Positions 31,201 through 39,576 of a stretch of DNA of 64,000 bases are shown here, piece by piece; position 1 is the first letter of the stretch; every line of letters begins with the position of its first letter. The DNA comes from Bacillota bacterium (GTDB lineage Bacteria; Bacillota; Negativicutes; Sporomusales; UBA7701). Below the pieces are notes generated by a model. That model saw nothing but the letters and a program-made list of their open reading frames with translations. It was not told the origin of the DNA and searched no databases. The DNA is taken from NCBI GenBank assembly GCA_023415775.1, contig JAEZJM010000014.1:29784-93783 (forward strand), written 5' to 3'. The position numbers and the translations under genes are program-made.

Positions 31201-31623
31201 TATATTCAGCGTCGACGCCACCAGGCCGCCGACGTTCACCTGCGCCCCCGGCGCGAACAGGATGCCGTTGGGGTTTACGAGATACACCTTGCCGTTGGCC
31301 GTCAGCGTCCCGTATATATTCGAGGCGCTGTTGCCCACCACCCGGTTTAAGGCCACCGCCGAAGCCGACGGCTGCACAAAGTTCACCGCCTCGCCTGCGC
31401 CGATGCCGAAGCTCTGCCAGTTGATCGACGCCCTGTTCGTCGTCTGCGTCACCGTCGTCGTAGCGCCGCTCGTCGCGATCGTCGCCGCGCCGCCCGTCAC
31501 CACCCCGCCAGTCGGAGCCGCCCCCGCCGGGCCGCACGCGCCCAGCAGCAGCAGCCCCGCCGCCACTGGCGGCAACACGGTTTTCGCCAGACGCTGCCAA
31601 TTGCGTCGCCATTTCCTTTGCAT
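28222..31623 (-). CDS. TpsA filamentous-haemagglutinin-like exoprotein with GLUG-type repeats, YDG/MBG-type domains and a Gly-rich tail
   Basis: Signal peptide; INWQSF, NPNGIL, GGFIETSG and WLLDP motifs; repeated VGGLVGxNxG units; KTYDG repeats. Confidence 0.9.
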   Translation of the reverse strand: MQRKWRRNWQRLAKTVLPPVAAGLLLLGACGPAGAAPTGGVVTGGAATIATSGATTTVTQTTNRASINWQSFGIGAGEAVNFVQPSASAVALNRVVGNSASNIYGTLTANGKVYLVNPNGILFAPGAQVNVGGLVASTLNISDSDFLSGKYVFAKNGSAGAVINQGGITAGDHAVFIGPQVKNEGTVAARVVGLTAGAKVSLDFSGDKLLNVTVDTAAAGSSVTNSGSITAPGGLVLMTTGTMDALLNTVVNNSGVIRAQTVSTERGVIKLIGSTVNVGGTLDASAPQGGDGGFIETSGASVNIAPDTKITTAAPTGKIGKWLLDPTDITVDFGMASAIMSYLGNTDCELNATGSINVNAPITWSANELAFIATNDININAVLTANGTARLYLGTGGGKVNMGRNADGTFKGRVDFPGRSGSGFFMINLKNYTVINLLGAAGSTTGTDLQGINGNVAGYYALGADIDASATSGWNSGAGFVPLGDPYTATAFTGIFEGLGHTIGNMTVKPATASVGLFGTNQGTIRNVGLTNITAVGAGTSYVGGLAAYNTGSIANTYVTGTVSGGTNAQVGGLVGINNGGTIANSYNTAAVTGGTNANVGGLVGENSGTITGSYSTAGTVGGSSSSYTGAYGGLVGVNRGAITGSYSTSPVSCILGNSVGGLVGWNDGGTITNSYSAGTVSGSSASVGGLVGANRGTIANSYSAGSVSSSSAYAVGGLVGWNDGGTVTGGYWDIQASGLSTSAAGTGLTTANMRQASQYAGWGFDANGISADGVWRIYNSYSYPLLRSFLTPLTVTAFNGGKTYDGTTATSLGVFYSATPNSYLAGTAVVTAAGKSAGAQAARASGLYSTDQRGYDITYAAGTMMILQRDITVTASGVNKTYDGTTGAAVTYGDNRVSGDSLTVSGTATFADKNAGTGKAVSVTGITLSGADAGNYNLTGTTAATTADIAKATLTVTADNAAKTQGQANPVFTARYSGLGAGDTAASLTGGLTFATMAATTSPAGSYAINLTGTLASPNYIVSYANGVLTVRAATNPAYTGAVGGAFQMAGGGGLGGIGSGTGGTGLGGGLGGGSLGGIGFGGGGFAGGMGGSLGSGTGGLGGTTALGGLLGISGGGINTGGAGPGGRGQNQ

Positions 31624-31645
31624 AGCGATCCCTCCTTGCAAAACC

Positions 31646-33364
31646 CTAAAAATATTTCACACCCTGCAGCCAAAGCCGTCCGTTTTTATCCGTATCCGCC
31701 GTCGCCTGCTCCCTGCCGATCTTCCAGGCGTAATCCAGGCGCAGCGCGAAGTCCGGGCTGCGCGCCCACAGCACGCCTAAGCCCGCCCCCATCAGGCTGC
31801 GGCGGTTCTGCTCGCCCGCCCCCGCCCACGGTTTGTGGTTGACCGTTACGCTGCCGTAGTCGTAAAAGCCGACAAGATACACACTGTCCTTGGCCGTAGA
31901 CAGGCCCGGCAGCCGCCACCTGATTTCCCCCGTCAGCTTGTAGCCGTCGTCGCCGGCCGCTTCCCCCTGCGGGAAGGCCCGTACGCCGTCCGCGCCGCCG
32001 AGGAACAGCTTTTCCGAAGAATCGAGGTTCTTATCCGCCAGCTGGCCGGTAAAGTTCAGGTGGAAACTCAGGTTTCTTGCCAAATACTGCTGCCGCTGGA
32101 GGACGAAAATCGTCTTCGCGAACCCGCCGGCCGTCCTGGCGGTCGCGTCGTCGTTGGCCGCCGTGGCGGTGTCCCCGATGGTAAGCCGGCCTTTATAGTG
32201 GGTGAAGGTGAAGCTGCTCACGCCCCCGCCCAGCCAGCTGTCGGCGAAGTTGCCGGCCAGGCCGGCGCTGAGGGCATGGCTCTTCTTAGGCACATAGCTG
32301 TCGGAAGCCGTCTGGTCGTCCCGGAGGCGCTTATCCTCGTAGGCGAGCGTACCGTACAGGCTGAAAGTCCGGCTACGGATGAGAGGATACGATATGTCGC
32401 CGCTCGTCACTATGGCATGGCCGGTCGCCCCGAGGTCGGCGTAGTTTTCGCCCAAAGCGTAGTTTACCCGCGAGTGTCTGACGCCGAACCGCGCCCCGTC
32501 GTCGCCCATCAGGATGCTGTAGCCGAAGTTGTAATTGTGTAGGCGGTTGTTCTCGCTGATCAGGCCGCCGATGAATAAGTTCTCGCCATGGCCGCCGATA
32601 TTGCCGGCGGCAAGCTGGAAGCCCAGGCGGTTCCTGCTTGTATAGCGGTTGCCCCAGTTGTCGGCGTAGGCGGCGCCCCGCCACCTGGCCGTGTCGGCTA
32701 CCTCGAGGATTAAGTCGGCTGTGCCGGCCGCCTCGCCGGGGGCCAAAGTGGCCTTTACGCTGATGCCGCTCAGGTCGCTCATGATCAGCAGCGCTCTCTC
32801 CAGCGCATCCTTAGTTATAATGGTGCCGGGGCTGGCGGCGTGGAGCATACCCTTCAGGCGCTCATGATCGAAGCGCCCGTTCCCCGTTATCTTTACCTGG
32901 CCGTATTTGCCGGGAATTATGGCGATTTCCACGATGCCGTCCCTGATATCCTGGGCCGGGATATAGGCGAAGGATACCAGATAGCCTTTCTGCCGCATAT
33001 GCTTGGTCAGTCTGCCGGCCAGGGCGTTCAGTTCGCCGAGGCTCAGCTCCTTGCCGGCCTCGCGCTTGACAAGGCCTAAAAGCTCATCCGCCGGCACCGG
33101 CGGCTCGCCGCCGATGCGGAAGCCCCGCACCGGTATTTTATGCTGGCCGTCGGCCTGCGTTGGCGGCTGCTGTCCCTCCACCGTGATGGCCGGCCCCTTG
33201 GTTTCGGCCGGCTGCTGCACCGCCGCCGGAGGCTTGGCACCTTCAATAACGGCGCCGGGGCTGGGCGGGGCGGCGAGTGCCGGGTAAACCATCCCCGCCA
33301 CCACCGTGATAGCGATGGCAAAGATAATAATCCGCCTGCCCGCATTGCCTGGTTTACCGCTCAT
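31646..33364 (-). CDS. TpsB (ShlB/FhaC/HecB family) outer-membrane transporter
   Basis: Signal peptide, POTRA-like region (GYLVSFAYIPAQDI), LGGADGVRAF motif and a terminal Phe. Confidence 0.92.
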   Translation of the reverse strand: MSGKPGNAGRRIIIFAIAITVVAGMVYPALAAPPSPGAVIEGAKPPAAVQQPAETKGPAITVEGQQPPTQADGQHKIPVRGFRIGGEPPVPADELLGLVKREAGKELSLGELNALAGRLTKHMRQKGYLVSFAYIPAQDIRDGIVEIAIIPGKYGQVKITGNGRFDHERLKGMLHAASPGTIITKDALERALLIMSDLSGISVKATLAPGEAAGTADLILEVADTARWRGAAYADNWGNRYTSRNRLGFQLAAGNIGGHGENLFIGGLISENNRLHNYNFGYSILMGDDGARFGVRHSRVNYALGENYADLGATGHAIVTSGDISYPLIRSRTFSLYGTLAYEDKRLRDDQTASDSYVPKKSHALSAGLAGNFADSWLGGGVSSFTFTHYKGRLTIGDTATAANDDATARTAGGFAKTIFVLQRQQYLARNLSFHLNFTGQLADKNLDSSEKLFLGGADGVRAFPQGEAAGDDGYKLTGEIRWRLPGLSTAKDSVYLVGFYDYGSVTVNHKPWAGAGEQNRRSLMGAGLGVLWARSPDFALRLDYAWKIGREQATADTDKNGRLWLQGVKYF

Positions 33365-33743
33365 CGTATTCCTCCTTGTAGTAGCCGCTATCGTCCCGGT
33401 CTTGCGCATATTGCCGGCCGGCATATTCCGTAATCACCCGCGCCAGTTCCGTTACCGCCGAAGCTGACGACTGCCGGCCACCCAGCACCGTCAGCGAATC
33501 GGTGGCCGCCGCAATAGCGATGACCTTTAAGCGGGGAATGTACTGCAGCAAGGCCTGCACAGCCTCGCGCTCGGCAACCTCGGCAACAACGACGTCCGGG
33601 CAGAGAAGCTTCAGATCGTTCAGCGCCTCTCCCGGCGATGCTTCCACCTGGGAGACCCGCAACAGTGCACTCTGCCGCAAACTGGCCGCCAGCCCGGAAA
33701 GGTACACCGAATCCCCGCAGAATACGACTTCTATCTGCTTCAA
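33354..33743 (-). CDS. Stand-alone pseudo-receiver-like protein
   Basis: Aligns by eye to the neighbouring NarL receiver domain; PDVVVAE replaces PDVILMD. Confidence 0.6.
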   Translation of the reverse strand: MKQIEVVFCGDSVYLSGLAASLRQSALLRVSQVEASPGEALNDLKLLCPDVVVAEVAEREAVQALLQYIPRLKVIAIAAATDSLTVLGGRQSSASAVTELARVITEYAGRQYAQDRDDSGYYKEEYDER

Positions 33744-33819
33744 ATCTCGACACCGACTTTCGCAATTTTACCGAAAGAATGGTTCTTTAAGATGAATATT
33801 AGCAGAAGATGTCATTAAA

Positions 33820-33875
33820 GCCACTAGACGAAAGTCTAGTGGCAAATAAAAAAAAGTATAGTTTTCACTATACTT
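33820..33875. promoter_or_regulatory. Two inverted repeats, candidate NarL-type regulator binding sites
   Basis: GCCACTAGAC-GAAA-GTCTAGTGGC (33820-43) and AAGTATAG-N6-CTATACTT (33854-75). Confidence 0.5.
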
Positions 33876-33903
33876 CTCGCTTGGCCATTATTAGTTTTTC
33901 GCT

Positions 33904-34569
33904 TTAGTCTTTTCCCGGCGCAGCCACCAATCCCTGTTTGGCGGCGAAGGCGACCGCCTGGGACTTGTTCTCCAACTGGAGCTTGGCGGTTATCTCGCCC
34001 ATATGGTATTTTATCGCCGCCTCGCTGATACCAAGCTTATCGCCGACTTCTTTATAGGTAAGGCCACCAGCTACGAGCCCCAGAATCTCCCCCTGCCGCG
34101 ATGTAAGGAGCGCCGTCCTGGCGGCGGCCTCCTCCCTTGCCTCCCGCGCATTTTCGCGCCGGGCGAACTCGGCCAGTATCTTCGCCGCCAGGCCGGGCGA
34201 CAGCGGCGTATCGCCGGCGGCCATCCCTGACAATTGCTGCAAAAAATGCTCCTTGGCCATACCTTTCAGCAAGTATCCGGCGGCGCCGGCCTTGATCGCC
34301 TCGAACAGATGGGCGTCATCCTGGGATACCGTCAGCATCACGACTTTCACATCGGGAAGCTTCGCCTTAATCAGCCGGGTAGCCTCGATACCGCCGCCGT
34401 CGGGCATCTGAACATCCATCAGGATGACGTCGGGCTTAAGCTCCTCCGCCTTGCCGAGAGCCTCCGGGCCGTTTCGGGCCGTTCCCGCCACCTCAATACC
34501 GTTGGCGGCCAGCATATTCCCCAGTCCTTCGAGAAACAAAGCATTGTCGTCTACCAGCAATACTCTCAT
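33904..34569 (-). CDS. NarL/FixJ family response regulator
   Basis: LLVDD, PDVILMDVQMP, GYLLK and a LuxR HTH. Confidence 0.93.
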   Translation of the reverse strand: MRVLLVDDNALFLEGLGNMLAANGIEVAGTARNGPEALGKAEELKPDVILMDVQMPDGGGIEATRLIKAKLPDVKVVMLTVSQDDAHLFEAIKAGAAGYLLKGMAKEHFLQQLSGMAAGDTPLSPGLAAKILAEFARRENAREAREEAAARTALLTSRQGEILGLVAGGLTYKEVGDKLGISEAAIKYHMGEITAKLQLENKSQAVAFAAKQGLVAAPGKD

Positions 34570-34584
34570 TGCATTCTTCTCCTT

Positions 34585-36312
34585 CTACCCTCCGCTTTGC
34601 GCCAGCGGCAGCGTTATGACCACCGCCGTACCGGCATTAGGCGCCGACTCGACCGAAAGCCGCCCCCCCGACTCCCCGGTTCTTTCCTCCATAATTCTCA
34701 GACCGTAGCTCCCTTTTTTCCCAACCGCCTGAGTCGGATCAAACCCCCGCCCGTCATCCTCAACCCTGATCTCGGCCATATCCCCGTGACGCCTGGCAAC
34801 CACCTTGACACGGCGTGCGCCAGCGTGTTTTCTTACATTGGTCAACGCTTCCTGGACGATCCTCAGAAGCTGGGCTTCCGCAGTCGGCGGCAGCCGGCCG
34901 GCGATCAGCCCCTCATCGACAACCAGTTCGGCGTCAATATTGTTGTTTTGACGATACCACTGAAGATAATCCGCCAGCGTCCGCCACAAGCCGTGCTTCT
35001 CGCCGGTTGCCGTCCGCAGCCCCGCGATCGACTCGCGGATATCGACGTGAACATCCCTCGTAACCCCGGCCAGCCTTTCCAGCACCGTATCGGCCTGGGC
35101 CGTCTCGTTCTTGGCCAGCAGCGAGCGCGCCGCTTCCACCTGCATGTTAATATACCCCCACAACTGGCCGGCGCCATCGTGCAGCTCCCGCCCCAGCCGG
35201 TCCCGTTCCGTCATGATCGACAGCGCCTTCTGCTGCTCGACTATCTGGGCCTGGACCTGCTTCAGCTCGGTCGTATCGTGGAGGACGATCGCCTTGCCGA
35301 TATTCATATTGCCCCAGCCTGTCAGCGGCGTGACGTGGTACGAATAATCCCCGCTTCCCTCCAGACGGATTTCACCCTCCCCCGCCGCCCTGATCTCCAG
35401 CAGCGCGATCATCGCCGGCCAGGAAGCGAATACCTCCCGGAAATGCCTGCCGACCAGGGTCGGGGCTTTATCGCCGAACCGCCGCCGGGCGGACGGATTG
35501 AGCTCCATGATATAGTCCTGGTCGTCGGTGATGATCAGACTGTCGTCGATATTGCCGATAACGGTCGACTCGGCCAGGGGCATCAGGCTGAGGACCCGCA
35601 GGCGGAAAAAGATCCACGTCCAGGCCAGGCCGCTCAGCAGGAAAGCCAGCGGCAGCGGCGGGATTATGCCGGCCTGCTGGTCGATGGCCCACAGGATATG
35701 TCCGGCCAAAGATAACAGGGGATCGGCCGGCAGCGCCGCGATCTGCCACCGCCGCAGGCCGGAGGCCCTGCGCGCCCAGATGACGCACAGCACACTGACC
35801 AATAAGAACTGAAAATAGGCTATACCCATAACGGCCCAGTAAATCGGACCGCGGACGATGCCGAAGATCAGCCCGTCCCAAACCACTCCGCGCCAAAACC
35901 AGCCGTGCCATCCGGTAGTCAAGAGCGCCAGCGTACAAAAGACGGTAACCGCCACCAGCGCCGATACGACCGTCCTGGCCAGCCGACCCTTTTGCCCGGC
36001 GATGCTCACGACGAACAATAAAAACGTAGGAATTATGACCAAAGCGCTCATTTGCTGGATTTTGACCCAGAAAACCTTATCCGCCAATGCCGGACTGACG
36101 GTGACCATAACCAGGGCCAGAAGAAAGATAGCCCGGAGAGAGAGGCTGAGAACCCAATACCGCGCCGCCGGCGTCTTGCGGTACTGAAAAGCGTACCCTG
36201 CCAGCGTCGCCAACACCGCCCCCGCCAGCAGATAGAACCAGAGGTCTTTTATCGGATGGTAGATCATCACCTGAAGAGGTGAGGCTATGTCCCCCGGCAA
36301 ATATGTATCCAT
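34585..36312 (-). CDS. Sensor histidine kinase (7TM N-terminus, PAS, HisKA_3, HATPase)
   Basis: ERDRLGRELHDG, QEALTNVRKHA and DDGRGF motifs. Confidence 0.92.
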   Translation of the reverse strand: MDTYLPGDIASPLQVMIYHPIKDLWFYLLAGAVLATLAGYAFQYRKTPAARYWVLSLSLRAIFLLALVMVTVSPALADKVFWVKIQQMSALVIIPTFLLFVVSIAGQKGRLARTVVSALVAVTVFCTLALLTTGWHGWFWRGVVWDGLIFGIVRGPIYWAVMGIAYFQFLLVSVLCVIWARRASGLRRWQIAALPADPLLSLAGHILWAIDQQAGIIPPLPLAFLLSGLAWTWIFFRLRVLSLMPLAESTVIGNIDDSLIITDDQDYIMELNPSARRRFGDKAPTLVGRHFREVFASWPAMIALLEIRAAGEGEIRLEGSGDYSYHVTPLTGWGNMNIGKAIVLHDTTELKQVQAQIVEQQKALSIMTERDRLGRELHDGAGQLWGYINMQVEAARSLLAKNETAQADTVLERLAGVTRDVHVDIRESIAGLRTATGEKHGLWRTLADYLQWYRQNNNIDAELVVDEGLIAGRLPPTAEAQLLRIVQEALTNVRKHAGARRVKVVARRHGDMAEIRVEDDGRGFDPTQAVGKKGSYGLRIMEERTGESGGRLSVESAPNAGTAVVITLPLAQSGG

Positions 36313-36434
36313 GCCTAAATCCTCTCAGCACAAATGGATAAAACAAACTTGATTTACAATATTCGCTAAGCTCCATCCCCTTCCTGCAGACGAAGAAAAC
36401 AGCGGCCCCTGCCGCTGTTTTCTTCGTCTGCCTG

Positions 36435-37031
36435 CTATTTCTCCGTCCGGTGTCCCATCCACATATGCTTGCTGTTGGCCATCCATTCCTGCACCGTATT
36501 CAGCATCTCGCCAAACCGCTGGAAGTGGACCACCTCCCGCGCCCACAGGAAGCGCAGCGTATCCTTCACACACTCGTCGTCCGTGCAGGCGATGAGATGC
36601 TCGTAGGTAGTGCGGGCCTTCTGCTCGGCCGCCATATCCTCCGTCAGGTCGGTGATCGGGTCGCCCAGGCAGGCGATATACTTCGCCGACCAGGGAATGC
36701 CGTTCGCGTCCGTCCAGAACAGGCCGTGATTATGCTGCGTGAACTGCCCCTCCCAGCCGGCCGCCTTGAAATCCTCGCAGCACGCGCCGTCCACCAGCTT
36801 ATAAACCAGCGCCGCGATCATCTCCATATGCGCCATTTCCTCAGTGCCGATATCGGTCAGAAGGGCTTTGGCGCCGTCAGTGGGCATCGAATACCGCTGA
36901 TTCAGGTACCGGAGCGACGCCGACAGCTCGCCGTCCGGGCCGCCGTACTGGGTAATGACCATCTTGGCGAACTTCACATCCGGGCAGCTTACCCTTACGG
37001 GATGCTCCAGCTTCTTTTCATATATCCACAT
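36435..37031 (-). CDS. cotJC: Spore coat manganese catalase CotJC
   Basis: MWIYEKKLEHPV...QYGGPDGELSASLRY...DIGTEEMAH...REVVHFQRF. Confidence 0.92.
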   Translation of the reverse strand: MWIYEKKLEHPVRVSCPDVKFAKMVITQYGGPDGELSASLRYLNQRYSMPTDGAKALLTDIGTEEMAHMEMIAALVYKLVDGACCEDFKAAGWEGQFTQHNHGLFWTDANGIPWSAKYIACLGDPITDLTEDMAAEQKARTTYEHLIACTDDECVKDTLRFLWAREVVHFQRFGEMLNTVQEWMANSKHMWMGHRTEK

Positions 37032-37055
37032 CTCGTCATTCTCCCTTAACAAAAT

Positions 37056-37313
37056 TTAGATTTCCCAGGGCCAGGGGCCCTCGGCCCATTGCCAGGGTTT
37101 GCCCGAGAATCCGCCCCAGCCGAAGTTGAACAGCGGGCCGAACTCAGCCTCGTAATCCTTCTTCATCTTCTTCAGGGCATCCACCGCGCAGTTATAATCG
37201 TTGATGGCGTCCTCGTCGCAGGGATGGGTGTCCAAGTACAGGTTAAGCTCCACCGCCACAAACTCTATCTCCTGGAGCCTCTTCAGCATAGCGGCCTGTT
37301 TTGCGCAATCCAT
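37056..37313 (-). CDS. cotJB: Spore coat protein CotJB
   Basis: ELNLYLDTHP...FGPL...WQWAEGPWPWE. Confidence 0.92.
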   Translation of the reverse strand: MDCAKQAAMLKRLQEIEFVAVELNLYLDTHPCDEDAINDYNCAVDALKKMKKDYEAEFGPLFNFGWGGFSGKPWQWAEGPWPWEI

Positions 37314-37334
37314 GAATCATTCACCTCCGTCGCC

Positions 37335-37637
37335 TTATTCAGGGATAGGATACACACCCCAGAGTTCGGGGAACAGCGTGCCCCGCATCAGCGCCTCGCG
37401 CGGCGAAAACGCCTTGTCGTAGCACTGCCAGGGAACATACGCGTGAGCCAGCAACATATTCATCGGCATCGGGTTCTCATCGCCCATCGGCATCTTCTTC
37501 ATCCCGTCCATCCCGCAGTCCATATCATCCTCCATAGCGTTTTCCATACAATCCTGCATCATCTTGTCCTTCTTTATCGCCGGCACATCCGCCGCCATCG
37601 CTTCCTCGTACCACTTGGGCCTGGTCTGTTTATCCAA
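37335..37637 (-). CDS. cotJA: Spore coat protein CotJA
   Basis: LAHAYVPWQ...EALMRGTLFPEL. Confidence 0.9.
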   Translation of the reverse strand: MDKQTRPKWYEEAMAADVPAIKKDKMMQDCMENAMEDDMDCGMDGMKKMPMGDENPMPMNMLLAHAYVPWQCYDKAFSPREALMRGTLFPELWGVYPIPE

Positions 37638-37740
37638 GACGAATCTACCTCCTCATTCATAGACCTACTACATTTTATGTGAATCTGACTGACAACGTCA
37701 CAACCGGCAAAAAAAATAAGGCCGACCATCACGGTCAGCC

Positions 37741-37921
37741 CAGGTCGCCGAGAAAGCCCCATCTGCGGCGCACCCGCAAGGGGTAGGCCGCCGTTTCTAG
37801 GGCGCTGAAGCGCCAGAACGGCGCACTTGCTCCTCAAAGCGCTTGCTTGCGTACGCCGAAAGTACGCGGCGCGGCACGCTTCTCCGGTGCGCTTTGCATC
37901 TGGAGCCGTCTCGACAACCTG
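37741..37921. mobile_element. MITE-like repeat, copy A (with a 56-nt internal insertion)
   Basis: Near-identical to the reverse complement of 43718-43843 apart from 37771-37826; imperfect terminal inverted repeats. Confidence 0.7.
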
Positions 37922-37936
37922 TTCCCTAAACACTTA

Positions 37937-38239
37937 TCAACTCATCGGCATCAACAAAAACGCCAGCAAATACAGCGCGATCCCCGCGCCCCGGTAAAAG
38001 CAGGCCAGCGCCCAGCCCAGCCGGATAAACGTCGTGTCAAATCCCGTATACTCGCCAAGGCCCGCGCACACCCCGAAAACCATCCCGTTGTCGGGGTCGA
38101 GAGCCAGGTGTCGCCCGCCGGGGAAATACCCGGCCGGTCCCGCCGCGTCCTGCAGCAAGCTCCATATCACCGCGCCGCTCAGAGCGTAAGCCCCCCAGCG
38201 GATAAGCCACAGCATAAAAATGCCCCCCTGCAGTAGCAT
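37937..38239 (-). CDS. PspC-domain membrane protein
   Basis: GVCAGLGEY...IRL...LYLLAFLLMP. Confidence 0.85.
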   Translation of the reverse strand: MLLQGGIFMLWLIRWGAYALSGAVIWSLLQDAAGPAGYFPGGRHLALDPDNGMVFGVCAGLGEYTGFDTTFIRLGWALACFYRGAGIALYLLAFLLMPMS

Positions 38240-38273
38240 TATGCCACTGTACGCGGGGGGCTAAACATTTTTC

Positions 38274-39449
38274 CTATTTCCTGCCAAGCCGGCGGTTGAC
38301 CAGCTTCAGGCGGACACTCTCCTTCTCCGTGCCGCTTTCGGCCGGTGCGGGCGCCTTCCCGCCCAAGCGTCCGACGCTTATCAGCAGACCGATCGCCAGC
38401 AGGTTGACCACCAGCGACGTACCCCCGAAGCTGATGAAAGGCAGCGGCACCCCCGTTACCGGCAGCATGCCGGACACCATCGCGATATTGCCCACCGCCT
38501 GGCCGACGACGAGAAAAGTCGCCCCGGCGGCCACGATCATCCCGAACCCGTCGCGGGCCTGCAGCGTGATCTTGATGCCGTACCAAGCCAGCAGCGCGAA
38601 CAGAAACAACACCAAAAACGCGCCGGCGAACCCCATCTCCTGGCACAGCACCGCGAAGGCAAAGTCCGTATGAGCCTCAGGCAGATAGTGAAACTTGCTC
38701 GCCCCCATCCCCAGCCCGGTGCCGAACAAACTCCCCGACCCGATCGCCATCAGCGCCTGGACGGTCTGGTAGCCGCTCGTCTGCTCGTAAGACCAGGGGT
38801 CGAGCCAGGCCAAAATGCGTTCGGCCCGGTACGCGGCCGCATAAACCAGGTACACCGTTCCCATAGCGCCGCAAAACATCAGGCCGTAAACCTGGCGCTT
38901 GGGGATGCCGCTAGGCAAATACAGAACCAGGCACAGGCCGACGATAACCACCGCCGTGCCCATATCAGGCTGCCGCAAAACGAGGAACCCCATTATCCCG
39001 GTCACAATCACCGGCCAGGAAAAAACCGTCACCGGCCGGCCCTTCTCCAGGCGCGGCCCGATATAAGCGGCCGTCATCAAAATTGCGGCAATCTTGGCGA
39101 ACTCCGAGGGCTGGAACTTAACCCCCAGCTTCAGCCACCGCCTGGCGCCGTTGGCGTCGATGCCGCCAAAATGCACCGCCACCAGCATCGCCAGCACCGC
39201 CAGCACGATCAGCGGTAAAAACTTCACCAGCCGGCGGTAATCAAAGCGCGCAGCGACCGCCAGGCCGATCATCCCGATCAGGAAAGCCATCATGTGCCTT
39301 TTCAGAAAAAAATAACTGTCGTTCAAAAGCTGTCCGGCCAAAACGAAGCTGGCGCTAAACACGTTAATCGTGCCAATGGCGAACAGCATCAGCACAATAT
39401 AAAAAACCGCCTCGCCGGGGCTGGCCCACGGAACAGGCACCCTGCGCAC
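38274..39449 (-). CDS. FtsW/RodA/SpoVE family SEDS peptidoglycan polymerase
   Basis: GARRW, FQPSEFAK, QPDMGT, LPEAHTDF and GVPLPFISFGGTS motifs. Confidence 0.93.
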   Translation of the reverse strand: MRRVPVPWASPGEAVFYIVLMLFAIGTINVFSASFVLAGQLLNDSYFFLKRHMMAFLIGMIGLAVAARFDYRRLVKFLPLIVLAVLAMLVAVHFGGIDANGARRWLKLGVKFQPSEFAKIAAILMTAAYIGPRLEKGRPVTVFSWPVIVTGIMGFLVLRQPDMGTAVVIVGLCLVLYLPSGIPKRQVYGLMFCGAMGTVYLVYAAAYRAERILAWLDPWSYEQTSGYQTVQALMAIGSGSLFGTGLGMGASKFHYLPEAHTDFAFAVLCQEMGFAGAFLVLFLFALLAWYGIKITLQARDGFGMIVAAGATFLVVGQAVGNIAMVSGMLPVTGVPLPFISFGGTSLVVNLLAIGLLISVGRLGGKAPAPAESGTEKESVRLKLVNRRLGRK

Positions 39450-39576
39450 ACCGCTCCCTCCTTCCGCCGGGAAAACATCTCGTCCCCATTATACCAGAAA
39501 CCGCCGGACCGCCCAATATCGCTTTTTGCCCCGAACCGAATAATATATAATACCGATTTCCGGAGGTGATACATAC

